Assembly (NCBI GenBank): GCA_963676835.2 | Contig: CAXXFF010000003.1 | Location: 768,001 to 832,000 of the forward strand | DNA: 64,000 nucleotides | Reading direction: 5' to 3' | Source: Marispirochaeta sp. | GTDB taxonomy: Bacteria; Spirochaetota; Spirochaetia; JC444; Marispirochaetaceae | Shown here: positions 38,254 to 48,840 of the stretch, piece by piece | Layout: the number at the start of each line of letters is the position of its first letter | How positions within the stretch are numbered: the stretch's first letter is position 1 | Notes under the pieces: generated by a model | Seen by the model: the letters and a program-made list of their open reading frames with translations, nothing else | Told to the model about the DNA's origin: nothing | Database searches by the model: none | Program-made: the position numbers and the translations under genes

Positions 38254-40083
38254 CTATTGAGGAAAGAACATCTGCTCTACATATCTGTCCTGAAATTTCG
38301 GCGAAGCCGAAAGCTCAATATACTCCACCTTCGAAGCCAGAGTACCCAGGCGCATATAACTTTCCTCTGAAAGCAGAACCTGAACAGCCCCTGCCCCGGC
38401 GGTGTTCCCGGCAGCAACGATTTTCTCCTCTATTTCACCGGGAAGAAGTCCGATCCCGACGGCGCTGGCGGTATTGATAAAACTGCCGAAGCCGCCGGCG
38501 AGAAAAACCTTGTCAATTTTTTCAGGGCCGATTCCATACTCCTCAAGGAGTATATCTATCCCCGCAGCAACAGATGCCTTGGCCAGCTGTACCTCCCGCA
38601 CATCCCGGGGAGTAAAAATCAGGGGCTGATTATGCCGGTCGGTGGCAAAGATAAAACCGTCTTCAGTCACTCTGGAGGCAAGTACAGATGGAACATTTTC
38701 CGGCAGTTCATCCGGAGGCAATAAGCGTCCGGTGTAGTCCACAATGCCTGTTTCAATAAGTAGTGACGCAAGATCGATTATGCCGGACCCGCAGATACCG
38801 GCAGGCGTTTCACCGGCTATGGTGCTTATCGCAAGATCCTTTTGGGGGCTTAAAGTCACAACGCTTACTGCTCCGGGAATCCCGCCCAGACCACAGGAGA
38901 TGGTAGCACCCTCAAATGCCGGTCCTGCTGCAGTGGAACAGGCAATCATCCGTGAAGAATCACCGATAACCAGCTCACCATTGGTACCCACATCAATAAG
39001 CAGAGACGGCTTATCACAATCCATGAGCCCCGCGGCAGCGATACCGGCGGTAATATCTGCTCCGATAAAACCGGAAATAGACGGAAGCAGAATAACCGGA
39101 AGATACCGGGGAATACGGGGAAAAAGCTGATAACTCGATTCTATGCGCTTTTCGGTAAAAACAGGAATAAAAGGAGAAACCGCAATGTGGCGCGGATCGA
39201 CACCCGCCAGTAGATGCATCATTACTGTGTTACCCGCAACAGCAAGTCCCCGCAGGTCCTCCCAGGGAATCTCTTCTTCTTCGACAAGGCGGAAAACCAT
39301 GGTGGAAATCTGTCTGGCTATTGCCCGCTGCAGCGGTTCCGGACCAGACTCGCTTGCCGCCTGTACCCGTGAGATGACATCCCCTCCCCAGGCCTTCTGC
39401 ATATTGAGGCCCGAGACTACCCGGCAGATATCGCCGTCAGACAGATTGACCAGATAGGCAACTACCGTAGTGGTCCCGATATCAATAGCAATCCCATAAC
39501 CCGGCCCCGCCTCGGGAGACAAAACGCCCCACAGATGCCCCTCCAGGGTAGAGATTTTAAGACCATCTCTGTTTTTCCGCATCATAAGCATCAACTCTTC
39601 GAGAAGAGGAAGCGGAACTGAGGCATCCTCTATTCCATGCTGCTCTTTCAGAGCCTCACGAAAACGTACCGCGTCGCAGCGCTGGTCCTGTAAGCTGGGT
39701 TCCGACAGAATTATGGGCGCTGTTTTCAAAGGAGAATCAATAGCCCCTGCGTAGACTTTATGCTCTGTAACAATCTTCACTCCGTGGGAAGTAAAAAGAG
39801 GTGTAACGGTTAAATCTCCGGTAACCTTGACCATACAGGCTAAACGCTCCCCTTTTTCCAGTGAAACCGGAGAAAGAAATTTTGTCTCCTCCGTACAGGG
39901 AGAGGGAACTGAAGATCCCTCAAGGAGAACCCTGCATTTACCGCAGGTACCATTGCCGCCGCAGGGGGCATCAAAATCGAAATCTTCAAAGCCCTGCAGC
40001 GCTTCCAGCAGGTTAACACCGGATTCAACTGTCCGGGTTTCTTCGAGACCTTCTCTGAGCAGAGTGAGTTGTATGGTGTTCAT
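38254..40083 (-). CDS. Reductive activator of corrinoid proteins (RACo, 2Fe-2S plus ASKHA)
   Basis: CGGNGTCGKC, DIGTTT, DVGTNGE, GPAFEG, GICGSG, QLAKA, LAGGFG. Confidence 0.9.
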   Translation of the reverse strand: MNTIQLTLLREGLEETRTVESGVNLLEALQGFEDFDFDAPCGGNGTCGKCRVLLEGSSVPSPCTEETKFLSPVSLEKGERLACMVKVTGDLTVTPLFTSHGVKIVTEHKVYAGAIDSPLKTAPIILSEPSLQDQRCDAVRFREALKEQHGIEDASVPLPLLEELMLMMRKNRDGLKISTLEGHLWGVLSPEAGPGYGIAIDIGTTTVVAYLVNLSDGDICRVVSGLNMQKAWGGDVISRVQAASESGPEPLQRAIARQISTMVFRLVEEEEIPWEDLRGLAVAGNTVMMHLLAGVDPRHIAVSPFIPVFTEKRIESSYQLFPRIPRYLPVILLPSISGFIGADITAGIAAAGLMDCDKPSLLIDVGTNGELVIGDSSRMIACSTAAGPAFEGATISCGLGGIPGAVSVVTLSPQKDLAISTIAGETPAGICGSGIIDLASLLIETGIVDYTGRLLPPDELPENVPSVLASRVTEDGFIFATDRHNQPLIFTPRDVREVQLAKASVAAGIDILLEEYGIGPEKIDKVFLAGGFGSFINTASAVGIGLLPGEIEEKIVAAGNTAGAGAVQVLLSEESYMRLGTLASKVEYIELSASPKFQDRYVEQMFFPQ

Positions 40084-40355
40084 ATATAGAAAGAATGGTA
40101 TCATGGGTCTGAAAATTCGGCATGGTATATAACGGTGAACCTTAGTAAAAAGTTATCATCTTCACTGCAAATACCTCAAGATCCGATTGATACTACCGAT
40201 TCTAACATGTATCATATCATATACATCAACAGAAAAAAGTGCTTCCGGCAGAAAACCAAATCTACCGGAAAATGAAATTTTCTCGATGTTATGTATATCA
40301 ACAATAAAGAGATATATGAAACTTTCACCTACATGCAAGTGAGGCGTTCAACAAC

Positions 40356-41114
40356 ATGGCTGATTTCCTACTCTCATTCGGACTTACACCTTCCGCATGG
40401 TTTCTAATTGCACTCTGCGTAGCCTTTATGGGTGCAAATAAAACCGGGATTGTCGGAATAAATCTCATTGCAGTCCCTATTCTTGCGACTATCTTCGGAG
40501 GCAAAGCCTCCACTGGAATTCTAATGCCTTTTATGGTGATGGCTGATATAGTGGCGGTCATCTCATACCGCAAATCAATACGATGGAAAGAGTTAATATT
40601 CCTTTTACCATGGACACTTATAGGTATTACTATTGGCTTGTTTGTAGGTCAGTACAGTTCTGATGCAATCTTCAAAATTTACATCGCTGGAGCTATTATT
40701 TTACTTCTCATTCTCTTGCTTCTTTCAGAAGTATTTCGCGTCCGTATTGTTCATGATGAACACTGGTATGTTCCGGTAATAATCGGCGTTGTCGGTGGAT
40801 TCGTTTCAATGATAGGAAATGCAGCAAGTCCCATTGTTTCAATCTACTTTATAGCCCTGCACTTAAGCAAACACGAGTACATTGCAAGCAGGGCCTGGTT
40901 CTTCTGGATAGTAAATCTAATTAAAATACCACTTCATGTTTTTATCTGGCACACGATAACACTGAGATCTTTTCTATTTAACCTCACACTTTCACCGTTG
41001 ATCCTGATCGGTGCGGGCATAGGGCTCCTAGTTGTTCATAAAATACCAGAAAAACCATATAAAATTCTTATAATAGCGACAACATTTCTATCTGCGATAT
41101 TAATGATAGTCTGA
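40356..41114 (+). CDS. TauE/SafE (TSUP) family exporter
   Basis: Multi-TM protein; GANKTG, IGNAASP, FFWIVNLIKIP. Confidence 0.82.
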   Translation: MADFLLSFGLTPSAWFLIALCVAFMGANKTGIVGINLIAVPILATIFGGKASTGILMPFMVMADIVAVISYRKSIRWKELIFLLPWTLIGITIGLFVGQYSSDAIFKIYIAGAIILLLILLLLSEVFRVRIVHDEHWYVPVIIGVVGGFVSMIGNAASPIVSIYFIALHLSKHEYIASRAWFFWIVNLIKIPLHVFIWHTITLRSFLFNLTLSPLILIGAGIGLLVVHKIPEKPYKILIIATTFLSAILMIV

Positions 41115-41172
41115 CCGTTTGTATACGGCCAGACTATTTGCACCATCGGTGTAATAATATTAAGGTATACTA

Positions 41173-41922
41173 TTAATGAAAGACTTTTCCCGCATCCACT
41201 ACCAGAGTCTGCCCGGTTATGCTATCGGTTTTAATAAATGTTAAAACAGCGTCTGCGACATCATCCTTGTCAGCAGCTCTTTTCAACAGTACTGAATCAC
41301 GAGACGCCTGTGTATACTCAGGCGCAAGATTGTTGGTCATCCGCGTACCTTCCATAAGCCCTGGGGCAACATCATTAACCAAGATATCAGGAGCAAGAGA
41401 CATGGCAAGACATTTTGATAAATGTATAAGAGCTGCTTTTGATACTGCATAGGCTATGGAACTGGCCATGGGGTATAACCCGCCAATTGATGATATTGTT
41501 ACAATCCGTCCACCACCTCTTTTTTTCATCATCGGAGCAGCCTTTCTTGCGGCAAGGTATGGAGAAGTAAGATTAAAATTCATAATGTAATTCCACTTAT
41601 CAGCATCAAGGGATTCCAGGTCTTTGAAATCTATCCACTCGTTATAAGCAGCATCAAGAACCAGAATATCAACACCGCCGAAGGATTTTTCAGCAGCGGT
41701 AAACATGGCGTCAATCCCTGCTTCGGTAGTGATATCCGCCTGTACCGCAATACTCTCAGCACCAAGTTCAGAAAGTTTTTTTACATTTTCTTCAGCTTTA
41801 TCTTTTGATTTTGCATAAACCATGCAAAGCTTTGCTCCTTGTTGTGCCAAGCTTAAACATACCCGCCATCCCAGACCTCCAGTGGATCCGGTAACCACTG
41901 CAACTTTATCTTTAATTTCCAT
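41173..41922 (-). CDS. SDR family oxidoreductase
   Basis: TGSTGGLG, YAVSK, VAPG, TGQTLVVDAG. Confidence 0.88.
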   Translation of the reverse strand: MEIKDKVAVVTGSTGGLGWRVCLSLAQQGAKLCMVYAKSKDKAEENVKKLSELGAESIAVQADITTEAGIDAMFTAAEKSFGGVDILVLDAAYNEWIDFKDLESLDADKWNYIMNFNLTSPYLAARKAAPMMKKRGGGRIVTISSIGGLYPMASSIAYAVSKAALIHLSKCLAMSLAPDILVNDVAPGLMEGTRMTNNLAPEYTQASRDSVLLKRAADKDDVADAVLTFIKTDSITGQTLVVDAGKVFH

Positions 41923-42009
41923 AACGCTTCTCCTTTTCACTTACTGGACCGTATCAACCGGATGGACCAGACCTGAAACATGGAAAAAATAAACCAAGAG
42001 AAGCTATTA

Positions 42010-42705
42010 TTAAACTTCCCCGCTTTTTTCTCCAGATTCCGGCTCATCACCGCAGTTGCCATTTTTCTCCAGCGAATCCAATATCCATGCAACGCCGTCA
42101 CAAATCTGCTCACGCATTGCTGATTCTGCGCTGTTGCAATCTTTTATCTCTATAGCATCTATTACACGTTGGTGCTGCTTAAGCGCCTTCCGGCCATTCT
42201 CGACATAGACTTCACCCCGGCCTGTTACTGCAAACAGATTTGTCAGAACATGGGTATGCATAATATTATCAAGGTGGGAATTGCCGGCAATTGCGACCAC
42301 CTTCTCGTGAAACTCAATATCCGCGGTAAGACAGACTTTGGCATCTTCTGTTTCAATTCCAGCCTTAAGAATTTCACACTGATTACGCAGCTCCTGAACA
42401 TCCTGCTCGGTGGCTTTCTCGCATGCCAGCCGGGCACTCAAGCCTTCCAGAACCTCCCGAAGCTGATAAAACTCGATAATATCCTGCCGTGTCAGCTTAC
42501 GAACAAAGGTCCCTCGGCGGGGAAGAATTACAACAATCCCCTCTCTCTCCAGCCGCAGAAACGCTTCTTTCAGCGGGGTTTGACTTACCCCAAGCTGCTT
42601 TCCCAACTCATCATACATAAGCCTGTCACCAGGTGACAGGCGACCACTGATGATCCATTCTTTAAGTGTGATATAAGCTTCTTCGCCTAAAGTACGGTTA
42701 AGCAC
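42010..42705 (-). CDS. GntR family regulator (FCD)
   Basis: GVSQTPLKEA, PRRGTFV, DIEFH. Confidence 0.88.
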   Translation of the reverse strand: MLNRTLGEEAYITLKEWIISGRLSPGDRLMYDELGKQLGVSQTPLKEAFLRLEREGIVVILPRRGTFVRKLTRQDIIEFYQLREVLEGLSARLACEKATEQDVQELRNQCEILKAGIETEDAKVCLTADIEFHEKVVAIAGNSHLDNIMHTHVLTNLFAVTGRGEVYVENGRKALKQHQRVIDAIEIKDCNSAESAMREQICDGVAWILDSLEKNGNCGDEPESGEKSGEV

Positions 42706-42790
42706 AAACGTTTACCTTACTATTCCGCAACTCCAAACATTATAACCAACACCAAAAAATATGAGTGCGAAGTCTAAACTGTTTGGAAAA

Positions 42791-43795
42791 TCAGCGGATT
42801 CTTCCTGTAACCTTTCGAACAAACATATCAAAGAAAACGGCTCCGATTACGACGATTCCTGTTATCAGAGAATGAGCCAGAGCGGAAACTCCCAGAAGAT
42901 TCATACCATTAACAATTAAGGTTAATATCAAAGCTCCAATAATTGTTCCACCGACTCCGCCTTCTCCGCCGAGCATGTTCGTTCCGCCCATCATGACACA
43001 AGCAATGGTAATAAGCAAGAAAGGATCACCCATAGCCAACTCTGCTGCATCTAAACGTGCAGTCTGCAGCATTCCTGCAATAGCAGCAGTTACAGCACAC
43101 AGACCGTATACAGCCACAGTAACCCTGCGTGTTTTTACACCGGAGTAATAAGCGGCATTCCGGTTTGCCCCGATTGAGTAAATATATAACCCGAATAATG
43201 TACGAGATAATATGAAATGCATGATAAGGCATAAAACTGCTGTTATAATTACTATGACCGGTAACGGCCCAATATGCCCCGTTCCGAGAAAACGGAATCC
43301 TGACGGAAGCCCGAAAATTATCTGTCCCTGCATGAGAACCATTGCAAGTCCGCGGGCTATCCAGAGAATCCCGTAGGTCGCGACAAAAGCAGGCAGCCCG
43401 ACATACCCGATAAGGACTCCGTTCAGCATACCCAATACCAACGCGGCAGCAATGGCTATAACAGCAGCAAAGGCTATACCGTGCCCCTGCCGCATTAAAT
43501 ATGCAGCCAGACAGCCGGCAAGAGTCATTGTTCCGCCGATGGAAAGGTCTATTCCGCCGGTCAAAATAACTGCCGTCATTCCAAGAGCCAGGACCAGAAG
43601 CACGGAAGCCTGCCTCATAACATTTACGATATTTGGTATGGTAAGAAATTTATCAGCAATAAGTGCAAAAATAAATCCCAGGACAAAAACACTGCTGACC
43701 CGTAAAGCCGGAGCGAGGAAGTCCTTCATGGTTAATCCGTTTAACATCATGCCTAACCGGAACTTCCGTGTCTGCAAACTATCAAGATCACTCAT
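42791..43795 (-). CDS. Sugar ABC transporter permease (CUT2)
   Basis: GGIDLSIG, YSIGAN..A.YSG. Confidence 0.9.
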   Translation of the reverse strand: MSDLDSLQTRKFRLGMMLNGLTMKDFLAPALRVSSVFVLGFIFALIADKFLTIPNIVNVMRQASVLLVLALGMTAVILTGGIDLSIGGTMTLAGCLAAYLMRQGHGIAFAAVIAIAAALVLGMLNGVLIGYVGLPAFVATYGILWIARGLAMVLMQGQIIFGLPSGFRFLGTGHIGPLPVIVIITAVLCLIMHFILSRTLFGLYIYSIGANRNAAYYSGVKTRRVTVAVYGLCAVTAAIAGMLQTARLDAAELAMGDPFLLITIACVMMGGTNMLGGEGGVGGTIIGALILTLIVNGMNLLGVSALAHSLITGIVVIGAVFFDMFVRKVTGRIR

Positions 43796-44763
43796 TTATA
43801 TGCTCCTTGCATCTGGAAGGTCTTTCTATACAACACATCAAGGACAATCGCTGCTACAACAACAGTTCCGATCAGAAGGAACTGGTACATATTAACAACG
43901 CCTGCAATATTCAAACCATTACGCAGGACAACAATTAGAAGAACGCCGAGGATTGTTTTATTAATGCTGCCCCGCCCCTCCTCAAAGGACGTACCGCCTA
44001 TCAGAGTAGCTGCCAATGCATCAAATTCCCAATCAAGACCGGCACCAGCATTACCTGATGCTGTTCTGGCAGCAACAACAACACCGGCAACCCCGTACAG
44101 TGTTCCTGCTGCAACAAATACCCAGGTAGTGGCACGTTTGATATTAGTACCGGCCAACCTCAGTGCCTGCTTGTTTCCGCCAAGGCCGTATACATTTCTT
44201 CCAAAAGCAGTCCGGTTCATCATTATCCACATAACAAGGAAAACAATAGCGGCAATTATTACCGGAAGCGGGATCCCAACTATTTTTCCTTCCGCAATGA
44301 AACGAAATTTCCGGTCCAGAGCAGCAACAGACAGGCCTCCTGTAAAAATCAGCCCTAAACCGAATGCAATGTTACCTACCCCAAGGGAGGCAATAAACGG
44401 GGACAATCCACCACGGGCAACAAGGATACCATTACAAAAACCGAACATCGCGCCCATGAAGATTCCGCCCATAATCGCAATGGGAATAGGCATTCCAATT
44501 TTCAGCAGGAATGCCGTCGCTACAGAACAGAACCCAAGCACCCATCCTACCGAGAGATCAATTCCCTCTGTCAGAATTACAATAGTTTCACCTATGGCTA
44601 CAATCAGCAACGGTGATGCCTGTACTGCGATATTCGAAAAATTTGATAAAGAGAAAAATCCTTTTGCAAAGATAATCCAAATGAACATCAGGACCAGACT
44701 AATCCAGATAACCGGCGGAACACTCAGGAAGCGCGCCTTCATACTATTTCTTGGAATATTCAC
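43792..44763 (-). CDS. Sugar ABC transporter permease (CUT2)
   Basis: EGIDLSVG, YGLGGN..AL.LAG, IGGTS. Confidence 0.9.
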   Translation of the reverse strand: MNIPRNSMKARFLSVPPVIWISLVLMFIWIIFAKGFFSLSNFSNIAVQASPLLIVAIGETIVILTEGIDLSVGWVLGFCSVATAFLLKIGMPIPIAIMGGIFMGAMFGFCNGILVARGGLSPFIASLGVGNIAFGLGLIFTGGLSVAALDRKFRFIAEGKIVGIPLPVIIAAIVFLVMWIMMNRTAFGRNVYGLGGNKQALRLAGTNIKRATTWVFVAAGTLYGVAGVVVAARTASGNAGAGLDWEFDALAATLIGGTSFEEGRGSINKTILGVLLIVVLRNGLNIAGVVNMYQFLLIGTVVVAAIVLDVLYRKTFQMQGAYK

Positions 44764-44764
44764 A

Positions 44765-46276
44765 CTATGCTCCTTTCGCCGCTTTAGCGGTACCCAGCAT
44801 TAAAGCGGCAACATTATCCTGCGTCGCTTCCGCATGACCGATTTCTCCAACAATTTCTCCATGATACATGACATAGATACGATCACACATTCCAATTACT
44901 TCCGGAAGATCGGATGATATCATCAGTACTGCGGTGCCGTCGTTCACCAGCTGATCCATCAGCCCGTGAATTTCCGCCTTGGCACCAACATCTATGCCCC
45001 TAGTCGGTTCATCAAAAATTATCAGTCGTGAATTAGTCTGCAGCCATTTTGCGATAACAACCTTTTGCTGATTCCCCCCACTCAGGTTTGAAACAAGCTG
45101 ACGGGTTGAAGGAGTTGCAATACGAAGTTCTTCAACATGCTTCCCGGCAATTTCTGCAGCCTTCCTTGGATGAAAGACAAATTTAAAGATACGATGAAAA
45201 CTTGCCAGTAATACATTGAATGAGACAGAAAGACGAAGAGCAAGACCAAGATCTTTTCGATCTTCCGGTATCAGCGAAAGTCCAGCATCTATCATCTTTG
45301 AAGGAACAGTGCGTAATGAACGTTTTTTACCAAAAAGCTGAATTTCACCAGACTCAAACCGATCTATTCCAAAAATTGCCCTTGCCAGCTCTGTCCTTCC
45401 TGCACCTACAAGACCGGCCAAACCAACGACTTCTCCCTCATGCAAAGTCAGATTGACATTCCGGGGTCCGTTTTCCACTGAACAATTTTCCAGACGAAGA
45501 ACCTCCTTTCCAGGTTCCCTTCGGTTTCGCGGATACATGCAGTCTATAGTGCGACCAACCATCAGCTGGACAAGTTCGTCATCGGTAATATCTGCAATCG
45601 GAATAGTGCTGACCCATTTACCGTCCCGCAATACGGTTACCCGGTCTCCAATCTCACGGATCTCCTGCAAACGATGTGAGACATACACAATCGCAGTCCC
45701 TTCAGCTTTCAACTTTCGTATTTTTTCAAAGAGAAGATCAACTTCACTCTCAGATAATATTGCCGTAGGCTCATCCAGAATAAGAACCTTTGGTTCGGCA
45801 ACCAGGATCTTTGCAATCTCAACCATCTGTTTCTGTGCAGAAGTAAGGAGTTTGACAGGAGTCCTGGGATCGATATCTACGCCTAGTGTACTCAGGATAT
45901 TTAAAGCATTAGAGAACATGGTTTTCTGGTCGATAAATGGTGACCCGGGTCGACTTTTCGGTTCTCTGTTACAGTAGATATTATTTGCCGCGCTCAACCA
46001 CGGTATCAGCATCAATTCCTGATTTACACCGCCGATTCCTTCACGAAGTGCGTCGGCGGGCACACGAAAATCCACCGGAGAACCATTCAGAAGTATTTCA
46101 CCCCTGTCAGGCAGCTGCGCGCCTAGAATAAGACTCCCGAGAGTACTCTTTCCAGCTCCATTTTCACCAATAAGAACATGAACCTCTCCTGGAACAATAT
46201 CGAAACTTACGTCATCAAGTGCGGTTACTCCGGGAAATGTTTTGGTTATATTTCTCAACTCTATTACAGGTTTCAC
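44765..46276 (-). CDS. Sugar ABC transporter ATP-binding protein (RbsA-like)
   Basis: GENGAGKST, LSGGNQQK, DEPTRGIDVGAK. Confidence 0.93.
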   Translation of the reverse strand: MKPVIELRNITKTFPGVTALDDVSFDIVPGEVHVLIGENGAGKSTLGSLILGAQLPDRGEILLNGSPVDFRVPADALREGIGGVNQELMLIPWLSAANNIYCNREPKSRPGSPFIDQKTMFSNALNILSTLGVDIDPRTPVKLLTSAQKQMVEIAKILVAEPKVLILDEPTAILSESEVDLLFEKIRKLKAEGTAIVYVSHRLQEIREIGDRVTVLRDGKWVSTIPIADITDDELVQLMVGRTIDCMYPRNRREPGKEVLRLENCSVENGPRNVNLTLHEGEVVGLAGLVGAGRTELARAIFGIDRFESGEIQLFGKKRSLRTVPSKMIDAGLSLIPEDRKDLGLALRLSVSFNVLLASFHRIFKFVFHPRKAAEIAGKHVEELRIATPSTRQLVSNLSGGNQQKVVIAKWLQTNSRLIIFDEPTRGIDVGAKAEIHGLMDQLVNDGTAVLMISSDLPEVIGMCDRIYVMYHGEIVGEIGHAEATQDNVAALMLGTAKAAKGA

Positions 46277-46310
46277 GGGTTCTTCCCTTTTAAGTTTTTA
46301 CTGCCACAAC

Positions 46311-46339
46311 CAGACTGATAGCGCCATGCTATCAGTCTG
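46311..46339. terminator. 12-bp hairpin between binding-protein and ATPase genes
   Basis: cagactgatagc-gccat-gctatcagtctg. Confidence 0.55.
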
Positions 46340-46400
46340 CTGTGAACAAAAGCCGATTGTTATAGACAACCAGCTATTATCTGGTTACCGTTCAAAACGT

Positions 46401-47492
46401 CTAGTCGACCTTCCACCATGCCAGATTATCGATGTAGTTCTTTACATTATCCTTGGTGATAATTGCCTCAGGCATTGTCTCGGGATTCGGATAGGGGACG
46501 TACTTCGGAGGAGGCAGAGTCCCGTTGTCCAGATAATCGACAAGGTATGCTGCGGCAAGCCAGGCTGCTGAAGGAGGATCAGAATTAAAGGTTACATCAA
46601 CACGTCCTTCAAGGAGGGCATGGCTGAAATCTTCGTTTGCGTCAAATCCTGCAATAAGAATATCTTTACTGAGTCCTGCTGCTTCTATAGCCTGAAGAGC
46701 CCCCATGGCTTCTTCGTCATTTGCACCGATAACGGCATCAATTTCATCCCCGTAACGCTGAACAAGGTTTTCCATTGCCTGCATTGCATCGGTCCGACGG
46801 AAATTAGCCGGCTGTTCGGCAAGGATCTTTATATTCGGATATCTTGCCAGAGAATCATGAATGCCTTTATCTCTTTCATGGGCATTCTGAGCCTGTGGAG
46901 GTCCGGAAAGATTAATAATATTTCCTGTGCCACCCATTTTTTCTGCCACCCACTCGGCAATAACATAACCTGTCATATAGTATGCTGTACCAAGATGAAC
47001 CAGTTTCATATCAGTTTGAGCATTAGTACCGATTACGGCCACGGGAATACCGGCATTCACCGCTTTTTCAACAGCAGGAACAATTCCAACTGAGTCCGCC
47101 GGGTGAATTGCAATACCATTTACCCCCCGCTGAATCAGGTCTTCAATAATCTTTGCCTGTTCTTCTACATTATCCTGCTTGGCTGGCGCAAGGGTGACAT
47201 ATTCAAATCCCATTGAATCACCAGCTTTTTCGAAACCGCCAAGCTGTGCAATCATGTATGGATTTGTAGTATTCTTCACGATACAAGCCAAAAGGTAATC
47301 ACCTTTTGCACGTACATCGGAAGTAACACCCCAGCCGATTCCATCGATTGGATAATCGAATTCATCTGTGCTGGCCATCTGCTCCGGCATAGAACCAGTT
47401 TCACCTGAAGAATCTTGTCCTCCTGCGGCCCAGAGGCCGGGAGCAAGCAACAACAGTGTCAGCATAAGGATAGCTACTTTACTTTTCCTCAT
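46401..47492 (-). CDS. Sugar ABC transporter substrate-binding protein
   Basis: Signal peptide, NPYM, AGIPV, ANDEEAMGA, AGFDA. Confidence 0.88.
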   Translation of the reverse strand: MRKSKVAILMLTLLLLAPGLWAAGGQDSSGETGSMPEQMASTDEFDYPIDGIGWGVTSDVRAKGDYLLACIVKNTTNPYMIAQLGGFEKAGDSMGFEYVTLAPAKQDNVEEQAKIIEDLIQRGVNGIAIHPADSVGIVPAVEKAVNAGIPVAVIGTNAQTDMKLVHLGTAYYMTGYVIAEWVAEKMGGTGNIINLSGPPQAQNAHERDKGIHDSLARYPNIKILAEQPANFRRTDAMQAMENLVQRYGDEIDAVIGANDEEAMGALQAIEAAGLSKDILIAGFDANEDFSHALLEGRVDVTFNSDPPSAAWLAAAYLVDYLDNGTLPPPKYVPYPNPETMPEAIITKDNVKNYIDNLAWWKVD

Positions 47493-47566
47493 GTTTTTCC
47501 TCCTTAGGTTGTGACCTATTTTTTTAAGCCGACAACGTCGGCTTTATAAACCTTACAGCAGTCTTT

Positions 47567-48631
47567 CTATTCACCGTATACTTTGGACTTTTTCCAGTCA
47601 TAACGTTCACGCCAGTCCGGATATTTGTAACGCCCGATATCCTGGTCATCAGGATAGGTAAACATGCCGCCAGCGCGCATAATAACAGTCTTCATTTCAG
47701 GTTTATTCTGTTTAACTATCCATTCGAGCTGATCAGGATCGATAACAGAGCTTGCCCAGTTTTCATAGTGGTCGGGAATGAGGACTTTAGTTCCAATAGC
47801 CTCAGCAATCCTGAAAAGATCGTATGGACTGCATTTATCGGTACCGCCGGGTGCGTTGTATCCCATATCGCATATCATGACATCGATATCAGTATTTCTT
47901 TTTCCAATACTGGCAAACGCATCACTATAGATGGCGTCCCCGAGAAACATCGCTTTTCCACCAGAATTCTTGAAGATATAAGAAACAGCAACATCATCCA
48001 TTGTGACCTTGTCCACACTGTCGAGCCCCGTAGTAGTCCGGTAAACCATTTCGTCAAAATTCTTCTCTACAAGGACTTCAGTCTCATCAAATTTCAAAAC
48101 ATCCCCGGGTTTTACTTCTCTGATCCGGTCTTCAGGAACACCCCATTTTCTGAACATCCGGCAGGTAACCCGTGGTCCGACAAAGAGAGCTTTTGTAGTT
48201 TCAAGCAACGGCTTTACGGTATAGATATCGCAGTGGTCGGAATGATGATGAGTAGAGAAGGATGCATCAATCTTTTTGAACTTCCAGGGGTCGATAACCT
48301 GTGGGTTCAGACGCAGCCAGTGAAGGTGGCTTGCTCCTGTTGTCTGTGAAGGGCCGCAGTTTTCATAGCGAGTAACAAGGGATGGTCCTGCATAATTATC
48401 GATTAAAAAAGTATCATCACCTGATTTATATCCCCAAGATGGTCCTCCGAACCACCAAAGTCCGAATTTTCCCTTAGGCATTACGGTATTTGCTATCTGC
48501 TGGTTGAGATAGGTTCCCCAGGGAGGAAAACATTCTCTAATCCAGTCATCTCTGGTTAATGTGCGTTCCTCTAATATTGATGTTGCTTCAACAATCCCAT
48601 ATTCGTCTCTTTTCACACTATCTTCAGCCAT
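47567..48631 (-). CDS. UlaG-like metallo-beta-lactamase-fold lactonase
   Basis: TRDDWIRECFPPWG, WWFGG, THHHSDH, WGVPEDRI..KPGD, GDAIYS, IPDHYENW; colinear with E. coli UlaG as recalled. Confidence 0.8.
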   Translation of the reverse strand: MAEDSVKRDEYGIVEATSILEERTLTRDDWIRECFPPWGTYLNQQIANTVMPKGKFGLWWFGGPSWGYKSGDDTFLIDNYAGPSLVTRYENCGPSQTTGASHLHWLRLNPQVIDPWKFKKIDASFSTHHHSDHCDIYTVKPLLETTKALFVGPRVTCRMFRKWGVPEDRIREVKPGDVLKFDETEVLVEKNFDEMVYRTTTGLDSVDKVTMDDVAVSYIFKNSGGKAMFLGDAIYSDAFASIGKRNTDIDVMICDMGYNAPGGTDKCSPYDLFRIAEAIGTKVLIPDHYENWASSVIDPDQLEWIVKQNKPEMKTVIMRAGGMFTYPDDQDIGRYKYPDWRERYDWKKSKVYGE

Positions 48632-48840
48632 TTTCAGCCTCCATGATTGATTTATTTGTTGAAAACCATTCTAAATCCGGAATCATGTGCCGTCAATATT
48701 TTTTCAAAAATATTTTTTCTTTTTTATATTTTTGAATGTATTGCCAAATTACTTTCTCCCCTCACGAAGTTTCCAACGGGAAATTGTAAAAAGAGGAATA
48801 ATATATAGACGTAAACAAATGAATTCTTTACTATTGAAAC

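Noticed and set aside
47567..48631. Canonical ula ascorbate operon
   Set aside because: No ulaABC PTS or ulaDEF in the window, so the ulaG symbol was withheld
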